DNA of 64,000 bases from Paragordius varius (taxonomy: Eukaryota > Animalia > Nematomorpha), in NCBI GenBank assembly GCA_964247055.1, contig OZ176051.1, positions 4,340,001 through 4,404,000 on the forward strand, given 5' to 3'. The position numbers and the translations under genes are program-made. Below, in pieces: positions 47,001-60,428 of this stretch (position 1 is its first letter; every line of letters begins with the position of its first letter). The notes under the pieces are model-generated. The model had not been told where the DNA came from and ran no database searches. It saw nothing but the letters and a program-made list of their open reading frames with translations.

Positions 47001-49132
47001 ATTTACCTTTGCAGGAATTTGTCTCCTTATCTATTATGGCTTTTGTAGATATGATTGTACCATATCTAACAAACATAATTGATAAAAATGTGATTAAAAA
47101 AAGAACATAAAAGATTACCGTAACTGCTATTTTGGAATTGAAAATTTTTAATAAACAGAAAAAAATAAGATGCTAATTTTTATATCTATTTTTTAAAGGC
47201 CAAAAATAATTAATAACCATTCAAAATTATACCAACACCATTATTAATGCAATGTAATTTAAAAAAACAGTATCGCATATGGATTTTCGGATGATTTTTC
47301 GTTTTTCTTTGAAGGTATAAAAAACGATGTCTGCATATAACTTTTTAAAATATTTTCTACTATACCCAAGTTCAAGTTCAATGTAATAGTTTAGTTTTAT
47401 GAGTTTAATCCGACAAGTATATTGCTAAAAATAGTTTTCGGTGTGAAAGAAATTTAAAAATATATTTGCAAGTATTTAAAGAGGATAGGTAGATAGGTAA
47501 TTAACATAAATAATATTCAAATTATCAATTTTTTTATGTCCTTTCATTTTACAAAATATACACATTGATATAATATAGTAACGAGAGCTATTATTGGTCA
47601 TTTCAGTCTCTTAATTGGCTTAATAAACATATTTGCTGATATGTTTAATTTTTATTTTAAGTAGTCGTCCTTAAAATTACTGTTACATTACAACAATGGA
47701 ATATTCAATCTTTCAATTAAAAAAAAACGAAAATAATTAAAATGAAAAATCTTAACAACTGACATGTAAATAACCCAAATAGCCATTCAAAATACCAAAA
47801 TAAATGACAAATATTAGCTCTCGTTACTACGGTATAAAGATAAATATCAATTTTGTTGTGTATACAAGCAACAATAATAAAAAAGTTACAAAAGTTTTGC
47901 CGTAAAATTTCATTACATAATAAAAATTAAATACAAAATACATTCATTCCATTCCATAAAAGCCACATTATAATATAAGCAATAAAAATAATAATTATAA
48001 TTATTATTATTATTATGTAATCGAAAAAATAAGATATAAAAGTTTTACTTAAAGGAAAAAAAGGAAAGAAAAGGTATTTATTTTGCATTTTTTCATTACT
48101 ACACTACTTGATTCATAAAACCTACCATTGTCGCTTTAATAATATTCCAGGAAACATTTATATGTGACAAAAATGAAAAAAAAAACATTTCATATTACTC
48201 ATTACCAATAACAGTACAAAAATTTTTTGTATAAAATTAAAGCCAAAAACTAGACGAAATTTGATATATAATAATTTTAGATTATCGAAACATTTTTATC
48301 CTTAGAATTCTAGTAATATTACTAAAAATTAAAACCGGAAACTATTTTTTTCGGAAAATATAGTTGTGGTGTCACTTTCTTATACCTTGTAACATAAAAA
48401 TGTAAAATTGTACAACTAGAGATAAGATGTCTTATCCCAACACAAATATGATAAGAATGTAATAATTAAATATTAGGTGCGGTTAATGCGTGTTTATAAA
48501 TAAATAATCTTGAATATTATTTAGTTTTTTGGATAAATATTTTAATTATATTACACTTTGAATATTTTATTTTGTAAAAAAAACTTGTTATATATTAAAG
48601 TTTTGAGAGAAAATTATTAAACTAAAACGATTCTATGTAACCATAATTTGTACTCTCGTAAAATTAATGTAATATTAATCAATATACAAGTTTTTTATAT
48701 GGCAAATAAAATTAAAGAAATGATGATAAAACTAAAAGAAAAACAATAAATATACTTTTTACACAGGTTATTTAAATACTGATCTGTAACTGTTTTATCC
48801 AACCCTTTTATATACAAATTTGTCTTTGAGAGAATATATTGACGGCCGCCAATCGTTGCGGTTTCACACTTAGTAGCTTTACAAGATGCATTTAAAGTAG
48901 AATTTTCTTGGGATGTATATAAGGTTGGAGAATCCAATGTTTCAGACATTGATGAAATTTTTAAATTGGTTAAAGATAAAGTTATTGCACCGGAATCATG
49001 GGCAGATGTTTTAATATCTTGAAAAGAGGACGAATAAGTGATTTTAACATTATCCTAAAAATATTATAAAAAAGCTTACTTTGAAAACGGGTTCAAGGGA
49101 AATTTTGGATTCTATTGTGGTGAGAGTTAACT
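41054..49132 (-). CDS. RBMS: RBMS1/2/3 (MSSP) / alan shepard family two-RRM RNA-binding protein with long Asn/Pro-rich C-terminus
   Basis: Minus-strand exons: 49054-48756 ([11 protein letters not shown]), 47065-47007 ([20 protein letters not shown]), 46459-46368 (FGFVDFE...QMAK), 45807-45623 ([15 protein letters not shown]...RGVGFAR), 44839-44778 ([16 protein letters not shown]), 44079-43609 ([11 protein letters not shown]...), 42839-42702, 42332-41205, and a probable last exon 41106-41054. A possible extra exon lies at 49132-49080. The RRM1/RRM2 signature is that of RBMS/shep. The termini are less certain. Confidence 0.88.
44099..44357. mobile_element. TACCATTT-family MITE, left end truncated, next to an RBMS 3' splice site
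   Basis: Right end GAATTGTAAATGGTA|TA intact. Internal sequence matches the other copies. Confidence 0.8.
45199..45410. mobile_element. TACCATTT-family MITE (degenerate left end)
   Basis: Right end GGGTGAATTTGAATTGTAAATGGTA|TA. Left end TACTATTCACATTCTAATCTACCC is a decayed terminus. Confidence 0.75.
47570..47835. mobile_element. MITE-like inverted repeat in an RBMS intron
   Basis: TAGTAACGAGAGCTATTATTGGTCATTT pairs with AAATGACAAATATTAGCTCTCGTTACTA. Boundaries approximate. Confidence 0.5.
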
Positions 49133-49342
49133 CTAAAACTATAATATATATTTATCAAACCTTTCTTCCCTTTGGTTAACTTTGATTTTAAACCAACACG
49201 TGGTTTATTATTAAAATTTGAAGACATTAAAACCAGCTAGTTAAGTCGATCCTTAAAAACATGTGGTATATTAAACGCTGTTGGACACATTTGTAGAATG
49301 AAAAATTAGGCTGTGGTCGGTAAAAATATTTATTTTTGGTTT

Positions 49343-50479
49343 CACTTTGATTCAAATTGGGGTATCTAAATACCTCAGATAAATTTAAGTTAAATTTTTT
49401 ATAAAACTACTGAAAGAAACCAATTTAAATTTATGCTTCTATCCTAATAAAAATTAAACTATGCCAAAATATCCAAATAATATTTTGTTTTAAAAAAAAG
49501 TTCCATGTCAAATTACTTCGACGCCATTTTTATTTTATAAAATTTTTGCAAAATATCGTCTTCATTTAATTTTAACACTTGTATACAATACATTCATCTT
49601 AGTCCTTCGATTCAAATTGGGATAGTTAAATACCCCAGGCCTGTTTAAAATTAAATTCTTTAAAATATATGGAAGGAATCGATACCATGGCATAATCTTG
49701 CACCTATATAACATTAATAAACCGAAATATATAAAAAATATATATTCAAAAATACTTGATATAACTTATTTTAAGCTAAAACCGAAAGGTAAAAATTTAT
49801 TCAACGTGACATGCTTATAGTAAAATTGAAAAATAATACCAAATAAACAGCTTTTTCTATTTCTATCAATGTTAGATGTCATTTAAATAAGAAATTAGTT
49901 TAAATATTACCCTTAAAATTAAATGAAGACGATATTTTGAAAAAATTTTGTAAAATCAAAATGGCGTCGAAGTAGTTTGACATGAAACTTTTTTAAAAAA
50001 CAAAATTTACTTTAGATATTTTGGCATATTTTTATAATTATTAGGATAAAAGCATAAATTTAAATTAGAACCGTGTCCTTGAGTAGTTTTTTAAAAATCC
50101 TAATTGAAATTTAGTCTGGGTTATTTAGATACTCCAATTTGGATCGAATGTTAAAGGGAAAATTAAAGCTAAATTTTTATTTAAATTACATCTAACATTG
50201 ATAGAAATAGAAGGTTTTTTTTTTCTTATTTTTACCATTGCACACATGTCACGTTGTCTAAAGTTTTACCTTTCGGGTTTAGCTTAAAATAAGTAATATC
50301 AAATATTTTTAAATAAAAATTTTATATATTCCGGTTTATTAATGTTATATCAATGCACATTTTGCCATGGTTTCGATTCCTTCCATATTTTTTAAAGTAT
50401 ATAATTTTAACCAGGCCTGGGGTATTCAATTATCTCAATTTGAATCGAAGGGCTGAAATGAATGATGTGTTGTATCCAA
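49343..50479 (-). mobile_element. piggyBac-like MITE containing a second copy of itself
   Basis: The outer copy (-) is split at its internal TTAA by the inner copy. Confidence 0.85.
49576..50150 (+). mobile_element. Inner piggyBac-like MITE copy
   Basis: TTAA at 49572-75 and 50151-54. The outer copy resumes AGGGAAAATTAAAGC, matching TTTTAAGGGTAAATTAAAGC in the intact 11421 copy. Confidence 0.87.
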
Positions 50480-51199
50480 TTAAGCCAGTTGTAGTCACAG
50501 AAAATTTTTAAAAAATATCATCTTGCCTCAAGGATCGCGCACCAATTTTATAATTCTTTGACAACAGATAATTTTATAATCAAAATGAGTATATCAAAAA
50601 ATATAATAAATATTCATAGCCATAAAATAGGACTTAGGGCCGCTTCCACTTTTTAAAACCAAATATTAACCAAGAACTTATGTAATGAAGTTATTGGGAT
50701 ATTTAGATTATATTTTGAGACTTTTTTAATTTAATATTTACTTACCAAGTGTTCTTTGTACTAGAGCTTTAAAATAAAAAAGCGATTAATTTGTTTTTGC
50801 TAGGATATGATTATCATATCTAGAGGGCCCTGTCACGCTTCGCTGTGACTTAGTCTCACGGATAATTATTCTTATTAATTTGCAATAAATAGAGGTAATG
50901 GAGAGGAAAATAATAAAAAACATATTTACTAAATATCTTTAATTATTCTTTTACAGGTTTTTGCATAAGCTCAAATATTGTTTACTCGAAATAAACCATA
51001 TTTAAACTGTCCCTTAATAAAGTTAATATTCAACTATCATTGGATTTATTTTGAGATTTTCGTTTTATGAAATCATGGTTAAAAGCTTATTTTATTTTGA
51101 ATTTGTGTTTACACATCCGGGATCAAGGGATATAAAAAGTAAATCATTTGTGGTCCCTTTTTAAAGAAAAAGAATGATATTATACAAATCCCCCAGAAA

Positions 51200-53120
51200 T
51201 GTGTTTAACTAAACTCATATGTTTCTTAAGTTTTTTGAAAATTAGCTCCAAAACCACGCCCTTTTTATATGGCGTCTTAGTTTTAAACCGACCCCTACCC
51301 ATAGACCTTTATAAGAAAAAGCGAGTAAAATTCTTTGCCTTTAGGGCAAATATTTGTTCATCTTTGATACCATCGTCTCATATGCAAAAATAATCGTTTT
51401 ATGATGACGTATTTTTGGAGCATAAAGGCCCCAAATTAATGGCTAATAAAAAAACGCCTGAACTTTTTACCTGGTTACGGGTAATATAGCTTTACATAAG
51501 CTCATATGGCTTCATAAACTTTCTGTAAATTAGCTCCAAAACAACGCAATTTTTGTATAATGGCGCAGTTTTTGGCGGGTAGCTCTTAACCCAGGGGCAA
51601 ATATAAAATAAGCGTTGGGCAAAATTTTTGCCTTTATGTGGGGAATATCTGGAATTATCATGGATTCCATATGTTCTTATTAGACATATAGGTCAGAAAT
51701 TTGGTTCCAAGGGCATGCTATATTGATAGATGACGCAGTTTTACGCGGGTACCCTCCTAACCAGGGGCGTAACAAAAAAGGCTCAATTAAAATTTTTGCC
51801 TTTATTTGGATAATACCTGGAATCATGATTGATTGCATATGCTCTCGTGAAATTATAAAAAAATTTCCTTAAAACCAAAGAGTTATTCTATGGTGGCACA
51901 TTTTTACGGGCAAGGGCCTGGGTAATATTTTAAGCCCTTATTGAACTCTATGACCTGAAAAGTTTTTTGCCTCCAAAGTCACGATGTATCGATATGGTGG
52001 CGCAGTTGTTGGTGGGTAACCTCCTGCCCATAGGACAATGTAAAAAAAAATTTCCTGTATAGGGAATACATGGAATCATCATTCATTCCATATGTTTTTA
52101 ATAGTTTTTGGAGAATGGCTTCATAACTAAATAATAGTTGAATGATATTTTATTAGGGCGTAAAGGCCCTAATTAACGGCTAATTCAAAAAAACCGCCCG
52201 ACTTAAATTTTTCCCTTTATACGGGGAATATTTCGGGCCCTTATTAATCTTATATGGCCTGATAGTTTTCTGAGAATTAACTCCTAAACAACGCAATTTG
52301 GATATGGTGGAGCCGTCGGTTAGGTCCCTACCCAGAGTCTGATACAAAAAAAGCGCTTGATTAAAATTTTTGTCTTTTTACGGAAAATACCTGGAATCAT
52401 GATTGATTCCATATGCTCTCATTAGTTTTTGGAAAAATTGCATCAAAATTAAAAAACATTCTATGGTGGCGCATTTGAGGTGTGAAGTGCCTAATTAACG
52501 GCTCATTTTAAAAAACCGTACGACCTAAATTTTTGCCTTGTTACGGGTAATATTTTAAGCACGTATTGAACTCATATGGCCTGGTAGGTGAAATTCAGCC
52601 CCAAAGGCACGCTATTTCGATATGACGGGGCAGTTTTTGCAGGTATGTCCTTGAGCAGCCAATATAATAATGCGCACGACTAAAATTTTTACCTTATCTG
52701 GAATCTTCATTAAATATTTACGGTCTCATACCCTGGGCAAAAATAGATTCGAAAAATTATTTTTGTGGACATAATTTTTTGAAAAAATGGCATTTTACGG
52801 GGGGAGCGGGTAAAAAGAGGGCCTAAATTAAAAAAGCAAGCCGACTATGTTCGGCGCAATCGAAAGTAAAAAATCATATTTGAAATCGAATGGTCCAACA
52901 CATTTTCTGGAATATTTCAAAGACACGATTTTTGTGGACCTCTTTCAAAAAAACCCGTTTTTTACACGGGGTGGGCCCGAACTGGTGGCCTAAGTCAAAA
53001 AAGGGCGAATCGCGGCATTCATTAATGATTATAGTTTTTCGACATTTGGATTTGAATAAGGCTACCGGTTTTCTGGAAAGAGAACACAAAGCCAGCATTT
53101 TCCATGTTTATAAATATATA
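51200..53120 (-). repeat. Family B head plus degenerate tandem array, inverted, in an intron
   Basis: 52750-53120 matches 805-1160 in reverse. 51200-52700 has recurring AAAATTTTTGCCTTT...GGAAT...CATATG units. Confidence 0.65.
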
Positions 53121-54369
53121 GATTATAATAACTTGAATACAAAGGAGTTAAATGTATACCCTAGGCCAACAATTAATATTTAAAAAACACTAAAAAGGAG
53201 GTCACAATTTAGATTTTATGAATCTATTTTAACACTTTTTGACTTTTTCTATTTTGTGCGAGATCTGTATTAGTTTTCTACCCGATAGATAAAAGTAGTA
53301 ATCAAACTACTGTGAATGTAAGTAGATATTAATATAACATTAGGTAAAAAAGCTTATATTTTTACAGTTTTCTAACTTCTAAATAATAAAATTGGGACAA
53401 CTCCAGAACATAATTGACAAACAGTTGATAATTATAATATATCAGTCGTTCGTAGCCTAAACGCTTTTTAAAAGTTAATTATTCACATTTTTCAAACATA
53501 ATATACATTTGTTGCCTGTTGCATTCGCAGTTTAAAAAAAAATAAAAAAATTGCTGCGAAAAAAATTGAAATGGGGATTTTTTTACAATTTATATTATAA
53601 AAAAGTTTGTATCATGCGCATAAAAGACTAAAGAAACCATATTATTAAATTTGGCCCAATTTTATAAATATTTTTAAGATTTTGAAATTATAATGGACAT
53701 GGGGAATGGTATTACTCCAAAAGGTCAAAGAAAAAAAGCCAAAATAAATAACCCAAATTACATTTAAAAAAACCATTTTTAGTTCACATCATTAAAAAAT
53801 AGTGTAATCACATTTGAAAAATGCTTTAATTCGCATTATATTTAACGTTAGCTAATGCACATATGTCATGTCTAAATTTTTGACTTCAGGTTTATTCAGA
53901 AAAAAGAAAATTCCACATCATTAATAAATATATTTTATATTTCAATGCATCAATGTTTTAAATAATGCTATTTTCAAATGATTCAATATACATTCCATAA
54001 TTTTGAATATAATTTATTTAACAAGATGGCCGCCAACTACCCAATTTGTATCGGAGGACTAAGGAGTTTTTAAAGATTCAGTTAATTTTTTTCCGTAGAC
54101 AATACTGCGTTCAAAATCGGGGGGTATAAAAATATGATGAAATATATAAATTCTTAGGAAAACGTACCAGGATTATCATGGTTTTTTTAGTTTTGGCACT
54201 TAAGAGCGAATTAGGAATTATTTACACTTTTGTGGTAAGGGCTCCATATCAAAAAATGGCAAAATTTGTATAATAAATAAATATTTTTTGGTAAAAGCTA
54301 AATGCTTTATTTTAAAATATCACTAAAATATATAAGCTGCATATAAAAAGCAAAAATAAAAATTTTTAT

Positions 54370-54706
54370 TCAAAAATAGTTGATATTACTTTTAAGCTAA
54401 ATCCGAACGGTAAAAATTTAGTCAACGTGACATGTGTGCAATGGTAAAGTTGAAAATATTACAAAATAAACCGCTTTGTATTTTTCTATCAATGTTAGTT
54501 TGTAAAATAAAAATGGCGTCGAAGTAGTTTGAGATGGAGCTTTTTTTAAAAACAAAATTTTATCAAGATGTTTTGGCATATTTATATAATATTTATCAGG
54601 ATAGAAGCATAAATTTAAATTGGGACCGTTTCCTTCAGTCGTTTTTTAAAAATATTAATTTAAATTCAGTCTGGGGTATTTAGATACCCCAACTTGAATC
54701 GAAGTG
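54370..54706 (+). mobile_element. Partial piggyBac-like MITE (right part only)
   Basis: Ends GAATCGAAGTG|TTAA at 54706-10. Left boundary approximate. Confidence 0.7.
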
Positions 54707-56807
54707 TTAAAGCGTTGCTATACCATTCACACTCAAAACACAGTGTCCACAAAAAAATCCTGATGAATTATAATGGTTTTGGCTCTTACGAGAGATTTGA
54801 GATTTCATGACCTTTTATTGTAGTCTTATATCCCAGAACGATTGGAAATTTGGATATCTTTAAAATAATTTAAGATAATAAACCGAATTTAAAAATATGA
54901 TTTCTTTAGCCTTTTAGGCGCACAATACAAATTTCTAAATTATGTAAAATTGTGAAAAAATCTTTATCTCAAACATTGGCCGCCATTTTTTGTTTAAATT
55001 TTTTAAATCGCTAAAACAATAGGGAAATAAAGTATATTATGGTTAGCAAATGTAGACACATAAACTTTAGTAAGATTTCAGGTTATTTTTTATCAGCGAA
55101 AATTGAATTTTATTTCAATCGTTTGGGAACTGTCTTAATTTTAGACGCTAGAAATTACAATATTTTAATATAAGCCTTTTTGTCTATTAAAGGCGAACAA
55201 TGTTTAATAATTAAATTTAAATAAAACCCTCAAAACAGCCCTCTTTTGTGGTAACCGCTCCATATCAGAAAATAGCAAATTTTGCGCACATTTTGTAGAA
55301 TAAAGTTTTTTGGTAAAACTAAATTCTCCATTCCTTAAAATATATTTATGTATAATAAGCTACGTATGAAAATTCCGAAAGTCCCAAATTTTTTTGCTCT
55401 TCTCTGAGCTACTTGTCATAAAATAATAAAAAATCCGAGATTGAGCGATAAATATTAAATACTTTTAAAAAAAGCATATCAAAAATCTAATTAGCGAATT
55501 TTGTCGAAGCCTTCATACTATTAGCATGATGAAACCGTATAAAAACGCTTAAAGATACTACTTTTAATTTAAAGGTGCGCTTTCTTAAAAATTTTGGTAA
55601 ATTATGTAAAAATATTTTAAATATAAAGACCAACAAATATTTAGGAAAATGAAATAAGATAATTTTTTCAGGTTACGCCTTCTCATAATTTTTAGTTCAA
55701 GAATAATCCCTAAATATCAACAGCACCATAAATTGTAGCGAGCATAATTATTTACCCACGGAAAATGAGTCATGCCATATATCATTGGTCAAACTGCAGC
55801 CCACGAACCGGATTCGATCCTTAAATCGATTTTTCTGGTCACCTGCAAAAATAAAATTTCATCATGCAAGTCTAAATCGACTCACATCACAATATTAGGA
55901 TTATATTTGGAATGTGATGAAAAAACAAAAATCTCGCCATTTTAAATAATGTGATACTTAATTAAACATATTTTTAATTTATGATTGAAAACATGTTTAT
56001 TAAATCAATACACTTACTCTTATTTTTGAATTAACGTCATTAAAAATTATGCGTGACCAATAGCGATTATTTATAAAATAAAGATCACAAACTGTATACA
56101 TTACACCAGAAAATGTGACTAAATTTTCATTTATTTCTTATCGGCACACCTTATAAAGCGCAAAAAACATGTATGATACTTAAAAAAGGATATGATGCCA
56201 GAGATTTTAAAATTGCCATAAGCAATCAACCTAAATATATTTTAAAACTAAATTGGTGTACAACTGTTTGACATATTATTTTTACGAAAGAATAATATAC
56301 GCAAAATATAGTATTTATTAATGCAACGAATTAAAAGTTAAATATGGTTGGTATTATATATATATAATGGTAAAACATCCATAATATATGGCAAAACAAA
56401 ATCCAAATGTATATGTATTCGTTACTATCCAAAAAATAAAAAGAATGTTGTTCGATTAAGGTAGAAATTCTTAGAGAAAAACAAAATAGTTGTGTTATGA
56501 CTAAATTATTGTTGGTGTGTTAATATTCAATAATAATAATCCAATTTGTTGTGTAAACAATTATTTATAAAAATATTAAAAATTGATCCAATATCAATAG
56601 CATACAAATCTCCAAATTTAGCCAAAAAATAATGTAAAGAAAATATAGTTGGGTAAATCTACACAAATTTTGTCTTTAATAAACGGCGCATTGAAATTTC
56701 CAAAATATAAGATATCACATAATGGACATATGTTACGTTCAAAATCAGCATAGCCCCACGTAAAATATCTTTTGACTGACGAAAAAAATCCAAAATAACT
56801 AAAATTT

Positions 56808-58207
56808 TCAATTCCCTTGATTCCAATACAATGGTTGCCCAGAATTCAAAGAAGATCCAGTTATAGACGGTCTGTTATTGGGTGTAACTGTAAAATATAG
56901 ATACATAAACTTTATTAAAAATGGTAGTCAAAAATTAAATTAAAATGAAGTACTAATAATTTATTGTAAAATCTATATAACAAATAAACACATTATAAAA
57001 AGGTGTGGCTCTTGCTCTTTTTTAAAGATGAGTTATGATATAACAAAATAATTTTTTTATTTAATTAACAGTGTGCATGCAAGACAGCATGCAAAATTAA
57101 TTCAGATGTTAAACCAAGCTTAATATAATAATTGTGTAACACCTTATGAAAAACAAATTATTTTATATATAAGCAATGGTATAATTTAATTTGTTTGCAG
57201 AAAAATATAAAAGTCATATGCATGATAACTTAAATATCATTGTTGATCAACACATAAAATAGGTAGTGGACACATCAAACCTTGCAAAAAAATTTAAAAT
57301 AGGAATAAAAACGATATTCATTTAATATGAGTATCTTGGAGCACTATTCCCTAGATTAATTCTATAAATTTAATTAATTTTATTAATATAAGTAATGTGT
57401 ATAATATTGTGTACAATTCAAATACAACAATAAAAAAGCAGTTAAAAATATTTTCAAAAAAATCATTTATTTAATAACAATTACAAATTACTTAAATCCA
57501 AATTAAACGTAACATTAATAGGAGATCACAATATTACAAGTTCATTAACTCGTTTAAACTTATGGTGTTCTGTATTTATAAAATATAATTTTACCCTGTA
57601 ATAAATATAATATATATCCGAGATTTTTTAATGTGTAAATTAATATAACGTCCAAAAAATGATGAAATAAAAAGGTAAATTTAAATATTTTTAAAATACA
57701 ATAACCCTATATAAGATTAATGTAAGAAGGTAATATACTAAAAAAATGACATAAAAATCACTAAGGTTTAATTGAGGCAAATCCATTGAATTGGGGTTTA
57801 TCAATCTTTCATTCATATAAAGCCAAACTTTTCAAATATTTTTAACTTATCAATATACAATTTTTCATTATAAATAATGGAAATAATTTCAATTTTCTAA
57901 ATACTCAAAAAAATAAAAGTAAGAGTAAAATAAATGGCCAATTAAATATTTTTTCTCTGTCTCGGATAAAGTTAATTAATTTAGTTGTATAAATTACCTT
58001 TCTGGCTGTTATCATTATGAGTCAATGTAGAAGGAGGCAAACTTAAACCATTACCTGCGCTGGATGATGAAACTCCACTACTCCCAGTTCCTAAATAAAG
58101 GAAATAATAAATATATATATAAACTAAAAGAAAGAAAATAAATGTCTAAATATTTCGTACATAAACTATATTATTTAAATTTTTATATAAGTGTTTCATA
58201 TATATTA

Positions 58208-58242
<35 letters not shown>

Positions 58243-60391
58243 CCTCAATCTTTTGAAAATTTATGCATTTTCAAGGGCGGAAAGTTAAGCTTATAAAATA
58301 AACTGTATCATTTGAATAAAAAGTTATTCATAAGTTTTCGTGACCATCAAAACCAAGTAACAATTAATTACCTAAGATACTATTTTTTGGGGGTGGTAAA
58401 CCATTATTGTTGCTATTAGTATTGTTTCCGACGCTCCCATTGTGATTTAAAATTATATTATTACGAGTTGGTGGTATATTCAATAACTGATGATGAGCAT
58501 TCATAAAAGGCAAATGTAATGGCGGTTGTTGTGCGAACGAAATTAGATTGGATCCTTTCAAAGCATTGGCTGAACTTTAATAAATATATATATATATGAT
58601 GTAAAAAAATAAATTTGTTAAAATGTTTTATTGTGTTATAATAATTCAAAGTGTAGTGAAACCAAAAAGCGTATGTACTGATGGGAATAAAAACACTCGT
58701 TTTTTCTAAACCCTTTTTGGTTATGATACAACTTTTTCTCAGATATTTTATTATCTTGTATAAATTACTTTTTAACCTTTTTTTAAACTTCTAAAAAATA
58801 TATATGTATACTCGTTAGTACCACTCAAAGACAAATTGTCACCCAGTGTCATATTATTATTATTATTCTGTATACCGCCAGCAAATGTTGAAACGGAGTT
58901 GTTGTTAACACCATTATTGTGATTTAGGAGGTAGAAATCATTCAAATTTTCTTTCATCACATTATTATTATTTGTTAATGATTTCAAAAAGTGAGGTGGT
59001 GGCGGTACATTGCTACTTAAGTTATTATTAAACGACATTGTAGATTGGTAGGGCAATCCGGCTCCTCCAGTAAAAAAATCCATTGAATTAAGCGATAAAA
59101 AGTGTGGGGGAGGGGGCATTGGGGGTAGATTCAATAGAGTCGTCGTAACATTAGTAGTAATTGTAGACAAATTCCCATTCGACATGTCATCTAAAGTATT
59201 GTTGACCATATCGGGCATGTGGACAGTACTATATAATATTAAACACCTTTTTGTGAAATATGTAAAAAAATCTTTCACAGGACATATCATTTTTTCAATT
59301 AGGAAAAAAAACTCTCGTGTTGTATTTTTTTTAAATTTAATTGAAAAAAACGCATTTAAATAATATATATGCAAGTTTCGTTATAAATCAGAATCTGATT
59401 ATATTTCATTTTATTAAGGTAGTTTATCCTTTTTGTCAATTTTTATACAAACACAACTATTTAAAAAGTATATATATTTTTATGTTAGGTAATTACCCCT
59501 TAATCAAATTCATGTTTTGTAGATATGCATTTTTCATATTCTGTCCATTCCCTCCAATATTATTCATATTATTGATTGGTGTGGTCTTATCATTATCTCG
59601 TTTGTTATTGACTCCTACTTTTATATTACTGCTATTGCTATGGCTATTATTTAACATAAATTGGTCCATGGTATTTAAAAAAGAAGCCCCATGCTGTGAA
59701 TTATTTCCAGGAATATTTCCTTGTAAAGGTGATAAATTTACAACATTACCCAAATTTTCAGTTTTCGTTAAATCCTTTAGTAGCATTGGATTTTTTGGCT
59801 CATGAGGAGCATATTTATTAGGCACGTTATTACGGTTGTTAGGGGCATGTAAAGCATTAAAATTATTATTATTGATATTATTTAGCGAATTATTATGGTG
59901 TTGATGATTTGATAAACCAGCGGTTCGAAGGGGAAATGGACTCACCTAAAAAATGGTTTAATCATATAATTTTTATGGAGTTTGTTTATATTTTAGTAGA
60001 TTAATTTTGGGGCATTAAATTTTTGATAATAGTTAAAAAATAATACATATATATACCATTAACTTTATTTAGATCATTACTACTTAAATTATTAAAACAT
60101 AAAAATGCCTGTGCATCTACCATAATATTATATTTTTAATATGTAATTTAAAATAAAAATACAATCTAATTTAAATTATTTTTTATATCATGTTAGTTTT
60201 AAAGAATATTTCCTTTTTTATAAATATCAAAAAATATAAGCAAATTATTTTAGTATTATGGAAAAAGCAAAAGAATAAATAAATAATCCATCAATATCCA
60301 AAAAATCGAGTGAATTTTTTTATCAAGTTTAATTGGATATTTAATAAAACGAGGTTAAAAAGAGTCTACACAAATTTGTAAACTTATAATG

Positions 60392-60428
<37 letters not shown>

